Virus record (IMG/VR): IMGVR_UViG_3300013426_000017
Coordinates: 1-64,000 of that record
DNA length: 64,000 bases
Source of the DNA: a virus
Taxonomy: Duplodnaviria > Caudoviricetes
Reading direction: 5' to 3' (one strand)
Below are positions 34,899-46,120 of the stretch, piece by piece. The translations under genes and the position numbers were made by a program. Each line of letters starts with the position of its first letter. Position 1 is the stretch's first letter. Under the pieces are notes generated by a model that made no database searches, was not told the origin of the DNA, and saw only the letters and a list, made by a program, of their open reading frames with translations.

Positions 34899-35720
34899 AT
34901 GAATGACCTTGAATCTATAATCCTCTCCCTCTTTGACGAAGGATATACCAAAAGCGAAATAGCCTCTCAACTCGACGAGACCTTGGCGAAGGCCAGCTCT
35001 GAGACCGAGAAGGCTAGACATAATGCGCTAGTAGCCAAGGACGCCGCCAATATCCATGCCGCAATAGCTAAGTATTATACCGACAAATATAATGACTCAA
35101 CTAGCCACTACTCCATCGAGGACATTACTGAACTACTGGATTCCCTTTATTCCGATGATATCTGTATCATTTGTGCCGATAACACTACTAATCCTGATAC
35201 CCTCGATGCCATAATCGAACGCATTAAAAGCGCATTTTACGACTATTGGTATTTCACTCATGATAATACTGAAATAGAAATCACTCCCGAAGAAATCACC
35301 TACATACTCGAAAGCTATTACAACCGCGACCATGATGAAACCACCCCTCAACTCCTCACCAACATTGCTGAACTTGTGGATGTCTACTTCACGCGCACTC
35401 GTAAAAATTATCATGGTCGAGAAATTTATAAATGGTTCCCCCATCCCGATGATTTCGCTGATTATCTTGATACCATTAATTTCCCTAACGCCAATCCATT
35501 CCACGATCCAAGTGAAACTTTGGCGCAGGCTATTGATACCTTCCTCGTCGAATCTATTGGCGATTATAAATCCGGCACTCTCGCTAAAATGTTTCCCGAG
35601 TCCAAGGATGTGGGCGATTATGTTCTCACCCTCTATAAATCATACAAATACCTTCAGACTCTTGGTCTCAATAATAAGACCAATTTCAGCGATATGCTCA
35701 ATGCAATATTCAATGCATAA
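34899..35720 (+). CDS. Hypothetical protein
   Basis: Promoter, RBS, 273 aa. Confidence 0.7.
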   Translation: MNDLESIILSLFDEGYTKSEIASQLDETLAKASSETEKARHNALVAKDAANIHAAIAKYYTDKYNDSTSHYSIEDITELLDSLYSDDICIICADNTTNPDTLDAIIERIKSAFYDYWYFTHDNTEIEITPEEITYILESYYNRDHDETTPQLLTNIAELVDVYFTRTRKNYHGREIYKWFPHPDDFADYLDTINFPNANPFHDPSETLAQAIDTFLVESIGDYKSGTLAKMFPESKDVGDYVLTLYKSYKYLQTLGLNNKTNFSDMLNAIFNA

Positions 35721-35744
35721 AGCCAATAGGTTAGTCAATTACGA

Positions 35745-36326
35745 CTAACCTATTTTTTCATATACACCCAATTTAAATAACCAACCACCGACATAATTAC
35801 CAATGGTGGCGACCAAAGGTATCCAAATACTGCCAAACCCACAATTACTACTAAACCAATAGAAAGTATCAGCAATACAGTGGTCAGCGCCAATCATAAT
35901 AAACCCAGTAACACAAGCAATAGTTAACAACCATCTACCTATCCTATCACCCCAACCAAGAGCATGAGGGACCGTGGCGCAGGCCATCATAAATCCGCAC
36001 AAGACCGCCGATACACCGACGCACAAAGCGCCCGTCGCCAGTCTCCCCTCAATAATTGCACTACTGGCCAATCCGATTCCTACCCAAGGCTTACTTAACA
36101 GCGAACCAATGGCGCAACCTACAAAATTACCTATCCAAATAATTCCCAAGTTCTTCACTTTTGGCTCCAATACCATTCTACCAGTGAACAATTCTACGCC
36201 AAGTATAATGACGCCAATCAATCCTACAGAAAATGCTACAGCACCCGCCATTCCGCCAATAGATAAATAGGCCATGGCGCCAATGCTTATCAATATACCA
36301 GCTATCATACTTCTATTAAACAACAT
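35745..36326 (-). CDS. Formate/nitrite transporter (FNT) family channel
   Basis: AGILISIG, FSVGL..ELFTG, WIGNFVG, HCIAD, GNYVGG signatures. Confidence 0.85.
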   Translation of the reverse strand: MLFNRSMIAGILISIGAMAYLSIGGMAGAVAFSVGLIGVIILGVELFTGRMVLEPKVKNLGIIWIGNFVGCAIGSLLSKPWVGIGLASSAIIEGRLATGALCVGVSAVLCGFMMACATVPHALGWGDRIGRWLLTIACVTGFIMIGADHCIADTFYWFSSNCGFGSIWIPLVATIGNYVGGWLFKLGVYEKIG

Positions 36327-36618
36327 TTAATCATCTCCTTTGTTTATATTATAACAAAAAAATTTAGATTTTTCAAGACCTATGGCGCGCTTCCAATTTT
36401 TATTCCCATTATTGGACAAATAATAAAAAATATTATATAATATTATTATAAAGAATAAAGGAGGCATTAAATTATGAACGAACGCAAATTCAAATGTAAG
36501 CTATCTAATGGTCGCACAGTAATTATCACTGCGCCAAGTCCCGGCTCATTAAGACGATTAGCTATTCAGAAATATAATTCAACAATAGAAAATTTGCGTG
36601 AAGTGGAGGAAGTAACTG

Positions 36619-37359
36619 ATGCCTGTAGCGAAAAGTTATCAGAAATATGAGATACTATGCGAACCATTCATTGATAATGGGCGCAACTATGTAAATATTA
36701 AAAAGGACGGCTCCTTGAAAACCGTCAGATGGTATACTGACAAAGAATACTCATCTATGTATAAATTGCCTAAAAGTGGCGGCGCCAGCCTTGAGATCGC
36801 ACCATCTGGACCCTCGGCGCCAATAGTCAAAGATATTCTTGGATTTAAAAATGGGTTTATTACTCTCATAACCGGCCCCATAGAAGATTGGGAAAATTAT
36901 CTCAATATGTCCAACGCACGGTATCATAGAATATGGGGTTGGTATATAATTTCGACCGAGACCGTTCCCTCAGATTTGCCTGACGACCTCACTACGATAA
37001 CCCTCTCTTGGTCTCTCGTGGGCAATGAAGATGGCACTCTCCTCCCTGAAGATAAAGTGGCGGAAGCAGTAGAAGCCCTCAAATATCCCGCAACTCCCTC
37101 GCATTATGTGGGCGAAGTCGGTGATCGTCTCTCCCTTGATCTAACCGTCGCCAAAGCCATCCCCATAGAAACTGTCTGGGGTAAGTCTACCCTCCATGTA
37201 ATGGTAGATGCCAATGAGAATGAGTTCATCTGGAAAACCAATAGCAAGTCATGGGAAGTGGGCAGTCAGCGCCACATTAAGGGCACGGTAAAAGAGCATA
37301 AGATCTGGCGCAATAGTCAACAGACCTGGCTCACCAGATGTCAGGAGGTTAAAAATTGA
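36619..37359 (+). CDS. Hypothetical protein with C-terminal OB-fold-like domain
   Basis: SHYVGEVGDR..KGTVKEH..QTWLTRC. Confidence 0.6.
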   Translation: MPVAKSYQKYEILCEPFIDNGRNYVNIKKDGSLKTVRWYTDKEYSSMYKLPKSGGASLEIAPSGPSAPIVKDILGFKNGFITLITGPIEDWENYLNMSNARYHRIWGWYIISTETVPSDLPDDLTTITLSWSLVGNEDGTLLPEDKVAEAVEALKYPATPSHYVGEVGDRLSLDLTVAKAIPIETVWGKSTLHVMVDANENEFIWKTNSKSWEVGSQRHIKGTVKEHKIWRNSQQTWLTRCQEVKN

Positions 37360-37721
37360 TAGCAGTATTTTTAATCGGCATCGCCACAATAGTTTCATTA
37401 CTATTGGACCTACCAGCATGGGTATTCGCCATTATAAATATGGCGGCCCTTATAGAGGCATGGTGGGCTACCAAACTCATGGAAGTCAGTGTTGAGGAAT
37501 TTAAAGTTCTATTGGATGAAACCACTAGTATAGTCCACAATAGTCTCCAAAAGACAGAGACTTGGTATAAATATCTCAATTCCACTGCTGATAAATTCAC
37601 GCCAGAAGAAATTGAATATTTCCATTTATTTACGGAAGAAGAGCTTGAGACGTTATATTATTTAGTAAAAACTCTACAAAAAGTAGAAGAGGTAGTAGAA
37701 GAAGAAAGCGAGGACGAATAA
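37356..37721 (+). CDS. Membrane protein
   Basis: N-terminal TM segments; overlapping stop/start. Confidence 0.6.
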   Translation: MIAVFLIGIATIVSLLLDLPAWVFAIINMAALIEAWWATKLMEVSVEEFKVLLDETTSIVHNSLQKTETWYKYLNSTADKFTPEEIEYFHLFTEEELETLYYLVKTLQKVEEVVEEESEDE

Positions 37722-37957
37722 TGGGTATTACCCCTCCTTGGTATGCTAATGATTATGATGCATTTAATTGCTACGCTATGAGCGAAGAAGCTAAACATAA
37801 TGTCTATCAATTAGGACTAGCTATACGTGGCGCCGCCAATAACTACCAAGAAGAAGTTCAAGAAGCCCTATGTCACACCTATTGTGGTTGTTCTATGGAC
37901 GATCTAACCGACGCCGAATTCGACTATCTCCAAAAGGTAGTAATGTATAGGGTTTGA
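37721..37957 (+). CDS. Hypothetical protein
   Basis: Translationally coupled ORF. Confidence 0.6.
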   Translation: MGITPPWYANDYDAFNCYAMSEEAKHNVYQLGLAIRGAANNYQEEVQEALCHTYCGCSMDDLTDAEFDYLQKVVMYRV

Positions 37958-38115
37958 CAAATAAAAAAATTTTTGATATAATATATTTATAACTAAAACC
38001 TCCATAATAATAAAGAATAGGGATAACTATACATAGGTATAGTTATCCCTATTTGATTTATATTAAAATATATTATATAATATTTATATAAAGTAAATGA
38101 AAGGGGCTTGCATAA

Positions 38116-39831
38116 ATGATTAATGATTTGACCCAACAGGACAAAGAACGAATTTTGGCGTGGGTGGCGAATTATGCGGAACTTGATAAAAACGCAAAGG
38201 GATATACTGTGGCGCCGGCCCCGATTAACGTGGAACCTATGCTGGTGGAATGGGATCGCGCCAAGCAATGGCTCTATCACCTGTTTGGCAACAAATTTAT
38301 TATATCAAAAAATATTGAATATTACAAGCCCTCTTACGATATTAGACAAGATATGTATCAGCGAGTAGTCAAAAATAACGACCTTCGTTACGCCATGGTC
38401 AAGAACTTCCCTAAGTATGAAGCTCAGAATCGCATCATTGAAATGTTCTTCGAGGAAAATCTCGTTGCTAACAAGTGCCCCTTCGATTATACCTTCACTA
38501 TACCCAACTCTGATGCCACTTATAGTGCCAAAAAGGGCATGAAAGTAACACGCGCCATAGCTAACCTCGCCAAAAAGCTAAACATTAATCATAATACCAT
38601 AGAAAGCTTCCTTATCGCTCAAAGTCAGGTAATGAACGATGCCAAGCTCACGGGCAAACTCTGCATTTCTATTCACCCTTTGGACTTCATGACCATGAGT
38701 GATAATGATTGCGGTTGGGATAGCTGTATGAAATGGCGCACCGATGGCTGTTATCGAGTGGGCACGATAGAAATGATGAATTCTCCTTGCGTAGTATGTG
38801 CTTATCTTGAATCTGAAAATCATAGTCTTAAAATACCTGGCGCCGACGCTTGGAATAGCAAAAAGTGGCGCGAGTTATTCATTGTTAATGATGACTTAAT
38901 AATGGAAATCAAGCCCTACCCCTACCACAATGACACTCTGACCAAGGAAGCTCTCAGTATGATTCGTGACCTCTATCCCAATGGTTATTTCAATGAACCT
39001 GAGTATATCTGCCCCTACGAATACCATAATTACTCGTGGGGTAAATGCAGTTTCGATTTCACTACGGATAAAATGTATAATGACATTTATGAGAATGATG
39101 GCGATGAGCATTGGGGCTGCGTGCGCAAGGAGGGCATAGACCCTAACTATTGTCTCAATTATAGTGGCGTGGCGACTTGTGCATACTGCGGCAAGCCCCT
39201 GATTGATTTGCATCATGAACATATTTTGCTTTGTGAAGAATGTCGCAAGCCAAATGTGATAGGGCATTGCGCAAAATGCGGATGTGATATTACTGACTTG
39301 AATCTGGGTATTCAGATTGGTGGGAAAATGTTTTGCGGCAAAGAAGCATGCCGGCCAAAAATACGGTCTGATTCTTTTATAGACACGACTAAAAATGATA
39401 TAGATGATCTAGCCAGTTATTGGTCGCACACTCGTCTATTAAAAGAGAATTGTAAACTCGTTTACCTTGCAAGGGAAAAAGACAACCCACAGCCTACTGA
39501 CGTCTCTAGCTATACTGAAACATCACGCCTATTTCTTGACCACAATACATTCCCTATTGGTTATCTGCCTCATTTCAAAAATGGCAAATGGTATTACAAC
39601 ATAGAAGATATAACCGAGTTTCGTCATTTATGCCCTTGGGGTCTCAGTGTGTCGTGCGCATCAAGAGATGCATACCTGCCTTACACTCATTTTATTGGAG
39701 ATAATGCTAATATGCCATTCTCTCTTGAAAATATGCTTAAATTATATTCCGAGGGAAAATTAGAGCGATTTATTGGATGCTATGATATAGATGTAATGGC
39801 ATATTTGGCAGCTAATAATGACTTTATTTGA
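38116..39831 (+). CDS. Uncharacterised HPLD/WxSC-family protein with Zn fingers (paralog A)
   Basis: SIHPLDFMTMSDN..WDSC..WNSKKWR; CxxC repeats. Confidence 0.75.
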   Translation: MINDLTQQDKERILAWVANYAELDKNAKGYTVAPAPINVEPMLVEWDRAKQWLYHLFGNKFIISKNIEYYKPSYDIRQDMYQRVVKNNDLRYAMVKNFPKYEAQNRIIEMFFEENLVANKCPFDYTFTIPNSDATYSAKKGMKVTRAIANLAKKLNINHNTIESFLIAQSQVMNDAKLTGKLCISIHPLDFMTMSDNDCGWDSCMKWRTDGCYRVGTIEMMNSPCVVCAYLESENHSLKIPGADAWNSKKWRELFIVNDDLIMEIKPYPYHNDTLTKEALSMIRDLYPNGYFNEPEYICPYEYHNYSWGKCSFDFTTDKMYNDIYENDGDEHWGCVRKEGIDPNYCLNYSGVATCAYCGKPLIDLHHEHILLCEECRKPNVIGHCAKCGCDITDLNLGIQIGGKMFCGKEACRPKIRSDSFIDTTKNDIDDLASYWSHTRLLKENCKLVYLAREKDNPQPTDVSSYTETSRLFLDHNTFPIGYLPHFKNGKWYYNIEDITEFRHLCPWGLSVSCASRDAYLPYTHFIGDNANMPFSLENMLKLYSEGKLERFIGCYDIDVMAYLAANNDFI

Positions 39832-39891
39832 TTTTTATTAAAAAATATAATATAATATATACATAAAGATGATAAAGGAGATGTCTGATTT

Positions 39892-41709
39892 ATGGATTTA
39901 AGAGACGTTCTGAGTGAACAAGACAAGACTCGACTGAAAAATTACATAAACATATATTCTGGCGCCAATATAGAATGCCAGGATGTAGACAAGGTTCTCG
40001 CAGAATGGGCCCGCGCCAAGGTAGACCTCTATCACATTCTTGGCGACCAGTTGATAGTAGATTTTCCATTTGAGTATCATCGTCTCCTGTCCGACATTTC
40101 CGATGAATGTTATATGGCCATCTATGGCTATGATGTGGTTAATCCTGCTTATTGTGAAATGTTCACAGCCCTCGATACCTATTGGAAACCATTATCAGGT
40201 GGAAAAGGTGCAATAGAAAATAATTCCATACATAATCATGAAGCATGGCCTAGCGCTATTTTCAACGATACCGAGATAATTGCAACTAATGTTCTCCCCG
40301 ACTGGATGGAAGGTTATAAGGTGCAGAATAAAGAAACTGGTAAGGAAGTCACTTTCCACAAGGGAGAGAAATATTTCCGTGCTCTTGGTAAGCTGATACA
40401 TAACTGCCCATTAAGTGATGAAGTATTTGAAAATTTTCGTATTAAGATGTCCCAGATTACTAATCAAAAGATTCTCAAGGGAACTATGTGTATTTCCATT
40501 CATCCTATGGATTATGTTACCATGAGTGACAACGATTATGATTGGGATAGTTGCATGAATTGGACCTCTGACGAAGGCGGTGACTATCGCCTGGGCACCG
40601 TAGAAATGATGAATTCACCTATGGTTGTGTGTGCCTACCTCAAGGGCGATAGAGAATTTCAGTGGGGTAACTATCATATTAGTAATGACCCAAATTACTG
40701 CTGGAATAGTAAGAAATGGCGTGAATTGTTCATTGTGCAGCCTGATTTTAATATTGAGGTTAAAGCATATCCCTATGATAATGAAGAATTTACTAAAGTT
40801 GTCATGGATAAGCTGGAAGAGTTGATGGGCAGCATCCACAAGGAAGAAATTTATTGGAATTATCAAACTTATTTTAATGATGGTAGTCTTGAGATTAAAT
40901 TTATAACTAATGACAATGGCATGTATAATGATTTTGGCACCTATAGGAATCAAAAGGGTCATCTTATGAGATACAATAAGAAGCTTGTGGGCGAGTGGAT
41001 GGCCAACAAATTTAATAGGAAATATATTAATTATAGTGGCGAGCCCCACTGTATGTGCTGCGGCACTCTGATTAATTCCTATGAAGCACAGAGTAATCAG
41101 GTAGTATGTGGTAATTGTGGTGACTATGTAGTTGAAACATGTTGTTGCTGTGGTTGTTCTATCTATAATAATGATGATGTCTATTGGAACTATGATGGTA
41201 GTAACCCTTATTGTTCTGAATGTTATAATGACATCTATATTCATGATGATATAACGGATGAAGACATCTATCGCACTGACGCAATCCAGTTCTGCCTCAT
41301 GGATCATGAAACGGCCCTTGATGATACTACTGTCGATACAGCTTTTGGCCCTAAATATAAGATAAATGATTACCTTAATCGAGCAGTAATGAATCATGCT
41401 ACCTATGATGAACTCATAAGTGAATTTGAACTCACTCCTCATATGACGGTTGACTATAGATGTATGAGTGCTTTTCCAGCTATTTATTACTATACTTTTG
41501 AGGAAATAGCACAGAATGATAATCTGCTTAATTTTTTTGGATTTGTCAAAGATGATGATAAATTCATTCAGGCGAGAGGTAAAAGTCATTATGCTGATGT
41601 CAGTGGGCAAGTTCTTAATTTTGAACAGCAAGTAGAAGCTTATAAAAAATATCATGAATTGGCTTGGTATCGTGAGCGCAAATCTTATATGGCGCCACAC
41701 AATACCTGA
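39892..41709 (+). CDS. HPLD/WxSC-family protein (paralog B)
   Basis: SIHPMDYVTMSDN..WDSC..WNSKKWR. Confidence 0.75.
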   Translation: MDLRDVLSEQDKTRLKNYINIYSGANIECQDVDKVLAEWARAKVDLYHILGDQLIVDFPFEYHRLLSDISDECYMAIYGYDVVNPAYCEMFTALDTYWKPLSGGKGAIENNSIHNHEAWPSAIFNDTEIIATNVLPDWMEGYKVQNKETGKEVTFHKGEKYFRALGKLIHNCPLSDEVFENFRIKMSQITNQKILKGTMCISIHPMDYVTMSDNDYDWDSCMNWTSDEGGDYRLGTVEMMNSPMVVCAYLKGDREFQWGNYHISNDPNYCWNSKKWRELFIVQPDFNIEVKAYPYDNEEFTKVVMDKLEELMGSIHKEEIYWNYQTYFNDGSLEIKFITNDNGMYNDFGTYRNQKGHLMRYNKKLVGEWMANKFNRKYINYSGEPHCMCCGTLINSYEAQSNQVVCGNCGDYVVETCCCCGCSIYNNDDVYWNYDGSNPYCSECYNDIYIHDDITDEDIYRTDAIQFCLMDHETALDDTTVDTAFGPKYKINDYLNRAVMNHATYDELISEFELTPHMTVDYRCMSAFPAIYYYTFEEIAQNDNLLNFFGFVKDDDKFIQARGKSHYADVSGQVLNFEQQVEAYKKYHELAWYRERKSYMAPHNT

Positions 41710-41818
41710 GCAAATTAATTCCCCAGTTGATTTTTATTAAAAAATATAATATAATATATTTGTAAGTTAAAGAAAGAAATAAAATTAATTAAAGAAATGA
41801 AAAAGGAGAAAAAAAATT

Positions 41819-42217
41819 ATGAAAAAGTTTACTAACAAGGATCGTTACACCGCAATTATCGCAACTCTGACTGGCGCTGAGGCTGAAATTTCTACCGATG
41901 AGCTTGTTGAGTTCTGCCAGAAGCAGATTGATGCGCTTGACCGCAAGTCTGTTAAGGCCAAGGAGAAGGCTGATGCCCGCAAGGAGGCACTCGACGAGCT
42001 GACCGATACCATCTATGATATTCTCACTGATGTGCCTATGACTATTGGTCAGATTCTCGAGATTCTGGACAATGACGAGCTGACTAACGCTAAGATTTCC
42101 AACCGTTGCTCGAAGCTCGCCAAGGCTGGCAAGGCCGTTAAGAGCGAGGTTTCCATCCCTGCTGATAAGGAAGCTGGCACCAAGGCTCGTAAGTTGGTTG
42201 CATACGCAAGGGCTTAA
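41819..42217 (+). CDS. Winged-helix DNA-binding protein (paralog 3)
   Basis: Strong codon bias; similar architecture to 26900. Confidence 0.6.
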   Translation: MKKFTNKDRYTAIIATLTGAEAEISTDELVEFCQKQIDALDRKSVKAKEKADARKEALDELTDTIYDILTDVPMTIGQILEILDNDELTNAKISNRCSKLAKAGKAVKSEVSIPADKEAGTKARKLVAYARA

Positions 42218-42315
42218 TTTAATATAAATAGTTGGGGGTAGCTATTTTAAGCTACCCTCTTGACATATTTATGGTAGTATGATATAATAAAAGAAAAAGC
42301 TATCGGAGTGATATA

Positions 42316-43089
42316 ATGAAATATTGTTTAAATAGTAATGTGGGGCCGGCCCTGCTCAATGAGGCAGACGAGATAGCTATCACCAAAGAGGATTTCGGTT
42401 CTGTCTACATGATCGCTGGACGTTATCCCAATGCCACTATAATTGTGCCGGAGCCTATTGATGAATTTGACTGGGATGGTCTCAAGGCGCTAAGCGAAGC
42501 GTTCCCCAATAGAATCATGGTTTGTGTGGCGCATGCCTATGCTTTGAAAATGTGCGCTGAGATGGAAATACCATTTTTCTATCGTTATGCAGTAACCTCA
42601 TTCCAAGAGGTTAGATCGCTAAAAGAACTTGGCGCCGCCTATATCGTAGTCGCGCCTCCGCTGTTCTTTCAACTGGATAAGGTCAAGGCGCTCGGCGTCC
42701 CTGTAAGAGCGTGTCCTAATAAAGGTAGCGACTTGGGAATTTTATCTGCCAGTTTTGCCCATGATTCATGGATTTTGCCCAAGGAAATAGATGAATATGA
42801 GGATTACATAGATACTTTGTATTTCGTGGGCAAGACACCTGATGCAGAAGCGACGCTATATAAGATTTATTCTAAGGATAAGCGTTGGCTTGCATCACTT
42901 GATATGGTAATACCTGATTGCCCTACGGATACATTTGAATCAGGTATTATTGAACCAATGGCGCCACGTCGCATTAAATGTGGTCAAGTATGCGAAATAG
43001 ATGGTCGCTGTCATTTCTGTGAGAACGCGCTCAAGACAGCCAGCGGCGCCACATTGCGATACTATAACGCGCAAAAAGAGAAAAGTTGA
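42316..43089 (+). CDS. Possible peptidase U32-like protein
   Basis: ADEI near N-terminus, barrel-like pattern, C-terminal C-x3-C-x5-C-x2-C. Confidence 0.45.
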   Translation: MKYCLNSNVGPALLNEADEIAITKEDFGSVYMIAGRYPNATIIVPEPIDEFDWDGLKALSEAFPNRIMVCVAHAYALKMCAEMEIPFFYRYAVTSFQEVRSLKELGAAYIVVAPPLFFQLDKVKALGVPVRACPNKGSDLGILSASFAHDSWILPKEIDEYEDYIDTLYFVGKTPDAEATLYKIYSKDKRWLASLDMVIPDCPTDTFESGIIEPMAPRRIKCGQVCEIDGRCHFCENALKTASGATLRYYNAQKEKS

Positions 43090-43137
43090 TTTTTTAATTA
43101 TTTTATGATATAATATTATTATAAAATGATATAGAAA

Positions 43138-44097
43138 GTGGGTAATAAATTGAGGACGTTTACCGAAGGTGAATTTGAAATATTCGAGAATATTTGTCGG
43201 ATGAACCAAAAGCAACTACACAAAGGATTAAAAGATATATTCTCAGATATGTATGGACAACGAGCAGTAATAAATAAAGAAAAGTATTTATATATTCAAG
43301 GCACAACTCCTGTCCTTTTGGTTGCTCACTTGGACACTGTTTTTAAAGTTCCTAATCGAGGAATTTATTTTGACCAAGAAAAGAATGTAATTTGGGGCGG
43401 CGTCACTGGACTTGGCGCGGATGATAGAGCTGGCGTATTCGGTATTATTTGGCTCATCTCATGTTACGAATTTCGCCCCCACATTCTATTCGTAGAAGAT
43501 GAAGAAATTGGCGGTCATGGTTCCATTAATGCGGTTAAAGACAATATTATAGACCCGAGGCAGTTTAAGTATGTTATTGAACTTGATCGTGCCAACGCCA
43601 AAGATTGTGTATTCTATGATTGCGTCAATGTGCCATTCGCTAAGTATGTAGAAAGTTTTGGATTTGAGACTGCCCACGGCACATTCAGTGACATTAGTAT
43701 TCTATGTCCCGCTTGGGGCATTGCTGGCGTTAACCTGTCTATTGGTTATCAGAATGAGCATAGCCTTGCAGAAATGCTCACTGTTCATTGGATGCTGGAA
43801 ACGCTTGACAAAGTGGCGCTGATGCTTGAAGATGCAGAGAATGCCGAGAGATATGAATACATGGCGGCGGCGCCTGAATTTGGGGCTTGTAATTGTTCTT
43901 ATTGCGGCGGGTTCACATCCTATTCAACTGCAATGATTATCCCTAAAGAGTATACCCAAGAGGGTAGAGAAATGAAAAAGGTGTGCCTCAATTGCATGCC
44001 TGATCATGTAGACTATTGCGACAATTGTCACGAGTTCTATGAAGTCGAAGTAGCTGGCGACAAATGTCCGGAATGCGGAGGTCGCCACATTGTATAA
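43138..44097 (+). CDS. M20/M28 zinc peptidase with C-terminal Zn finger
   Basis: AHLDTV, GADDRAG, DEEIG, ELDR, GYQNEH. Confidence 0.85.
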   Translation: MGNKLRTFTEGEFEIFENICRMNQKQLHKGLKDIFSDMYGQRAVINKEKYLYIQGTTPVLLVAHLDTVFKVPNRGIYFDQEKNVIWGGVTGLGADDRAGVFGIIWLISCYEFRPHILFVEDEEIGGHGSINAVKDNIIDPRQFKYVIELDRANAKDCVFYDCVNVPFAKYVESFGFETAHGTFSDISILCPAWGIAGVNLSIGYQNEHSLAEMLTVHWMLETLDKVALMLEDAENAERYEYMAAAPEFGACNCSYCGGFTSYSTAMIIPKEYTQEGREMKKVCLNCMPDHVDYCDNCHEFYEVEVAGDKCPECGGRHIV

Positions 44098-45376
44098 TGA
44101 GATTTGGGAAAATGTAGAGTCAGTAATTCGTTACTCGCAAGAGTATTGTGATGATATGAGTATCGACTTGACAGAGTTGCGAACCGAATGGGAGCAAAAC
44201 AAAAAGAAATGGCTCGATATGTGGGGCGGCCCCATGCTAGAGGCGCCACAACCTATGACATTTGGTTTGAGCCAAGAGAACAAAGATAAAGAAGTTCTCG
44301 AATTTTGCGAGTGGCTAGAAAGAAGATATCATGCTTATGACCTCAGCGATTTCGTATGGACAATCAGACATTCATTTTTTCAAAATAAAATTCCATTCAT
44401 TTGCGAATGGGATGGCTACCCCAAAGGAATCAAAGAGGGTATGAAAATAACTAAGGCATTTAGATATTTTATAGAGGATAAAGACAAGCTTGAGGAGATA
44501 AGAACTGAGGCAAGTCGTATTATCCAAAAGGACAAGATCAGTGGAACATTGGTGTTCTCAGTGCATCCACTTGACTATTTGTCCATTAGTGAGACAACAT
44601 ATAATTGGCGTTCTTGCCATGCTATGGATGGGGATTATCGGTTGGGCAATTTGAATTACATGACCGATGCTTGCACTGTTGTGTGCTATATTAGAGATTC
44701 GAGCGGTTCAAAATATAAATTGCCCAATTTCCCTGAATCAGTCCCTTGGAATAGCAAAAAATGGCGCGTTCTGTTCTATATGGGCAATGGCGCCACAATA
44801 GCAAGTCGTCAGTATCCATTCACCGCACAAGATATTCTGCCTATCATAGACCATGAGCTATCTCAGCCTTGGAATACTACTGGTTTTACACTTGGCGCTG
44901 CCCCTTGGGCGACCGATATAATTAATGATATGCAAAATCAAACTAAGAATGCGCCACATACCGGTCAATTTAATGATGCATTGATATCAAGTTTATACTT
45001 GAATGTGTGGCATAAGGGTTGGGCAGATAAGCCAATTGTAGTAGGTGAACCAATTCATTGTTTGCACTGCGGTAAGGAATATCCCGCTGGCGCAGATACT
45101 TTTCTATGCTTTAGTTGTGAATGCGATTATGGTATTCAAGTTAGGGAGGATATATTCGTGTGCGATTGTTGCGGATATAGAAAACCAATAAGTGAAGTAT
45201 ATCAGACACAAGATGGTAACTATGTTTGTGAGCAATGCATGGAGCAAGAAACTGTATTTTGTGCCAATTGCGGCGAACTGGTATTTTATGATTTAGCAAA
45301 ATATCGTCTCAGCTGTGATAGTTATTTCTGTCGTGATTGCTGGGATTGGATAGATGATTCGGAGGAAGATGAGTAA
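44090..45376 (+). CDS. HPLD/WxSC-family protein (paralog C)
   Basis: SVHPLDYLSISE..WRSCH..WNSKKWR; Zn fingers. Confidence 0.75.
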   Translation: MYNEIWENVESVIRYSQEYCDDMSIDLTELRTEWEQNKKKWLDMWGGPMLEAPQPMTFGLSQENKDKEVLEFCEWLERRYHAYDLSDFVWTIRHSFFQNKIPFICEWDGYPKGIKEGMKITKAFRYFIEDKDKLEEIRTEASRIIQKDKISGTLVFSVHPLDYLSISETTYNWRSCHAMDGDYRLGNLNYMTDACTVVCYIRDSSGSKYKLPNFPESVPWNSKKWRVLFYMGNGATIASRQYPFTAQDILPIIDHELSQPWNTTGFTLGAAPWATDIINDMQNQTKNAPHTGQFNDALISSLYLNVWHKGWADKPIVVGEPIHCLHCGKEYPAGADTFLCFSCECDYGIQVREDIFVCDCCGYRKPISEVYQTQDGNYVCEQCMEQETVFCANCGELVFYDLAKYRLSCDSYFCRDCWDWIDDSEEDE

Positions 45377-45708
45377 TGGCAGTAAGAGGTAGTATAGCAA
45401 AGGCTCATGTGGCAGAGGTCATGGCTAAGGCATTTGGCGAAGACTGGATTGGTGAATATAATGGCAAATATTATATTTGGGCCAAGGACGGTTCTCAGCG
45501 AGTGCAGATTGCTGTGGCGTTGACGTGTCCTAAGACACTTGTGGGCACGGTTGACAGTGTTTCTCAAGGCGGAGATTTTGATTGGTCTGTGCAGGGCGGT
45601 CTAGTTTCGGTCGCTAAGCCTGTTCTTAATACCACTGAGATAACCGAGGAGGAAAAGCTGAATATTGAGCGCCTTAAGCAAACATTTAATATGGATTTCA
45701 AGTATTAA
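45376..45708 (+). CDS. Hypothetical protein
   Basis: Coupled ORF followed by hairpin 45711-45741. Confidence 0.65.
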   Translation: MAVRGSIAKAHVAEVMAKAFGEDWIGEYNGKYYIWAKDGSQRVQIAVALTCPKTLVGTVDSVSQGGDFDWSVQGGLVSVAKPVLNTTEITEEEKLNIERLKQTFNMDFKY

Positions 45709-45799
45709 AAATAAGGGATGCTAATAATTAGCATCCCTTATTTGATTTTTATTAAAAAATATAATATAATATATATAAAGAATAAAGGAGGAAATAAAA

Positions 45800-46120
45800 A
45801 TGAGTGTTGAATATCGTGCTGTTGTTTCTTGTGGCTGGATAATCAGTAATGATGAAGTGCGCGAGTTGGATGGCGATATTTATGATGAGCTAGTGGATTA
45901 CGAGACGCTCATTTGTCAGAATGGGTGGGGCGGCCACAGCGATTATGTCTATGTCTATGGCGACTATGCATTTTCTTGTGATGAGGACACCATTTATACC
46001 CCCGGCACCAAAGCGCCGACCATTGAAGAGCACCCCGAAGAGATTATGAAGTTTTATGAATTGTTTCCTTCACACGTGGGCGAGCTACCTCAGTTGCATA
46101 TAATGGTTCAAGTATATTAA
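45800..46120 (+). CDS. Hypothetical protein
   Basis: Promoter and AGGAGG RBS. Confidence 0.65.
   Translation: MSVEYRAVVSCGWIISNDEVRELDGDIYDELVDYETLICQNGWGGHSDYVYVYGDYAFSCDEDTIYTPGTKAPTIEEHPEEIMKFYELFPSHVGELPQLHIMVQVY

Noticed and set aside
40615-41700. 361-aa minus-strand ORF
   Set aside because: Antisense shadow of gene 39892-41709.
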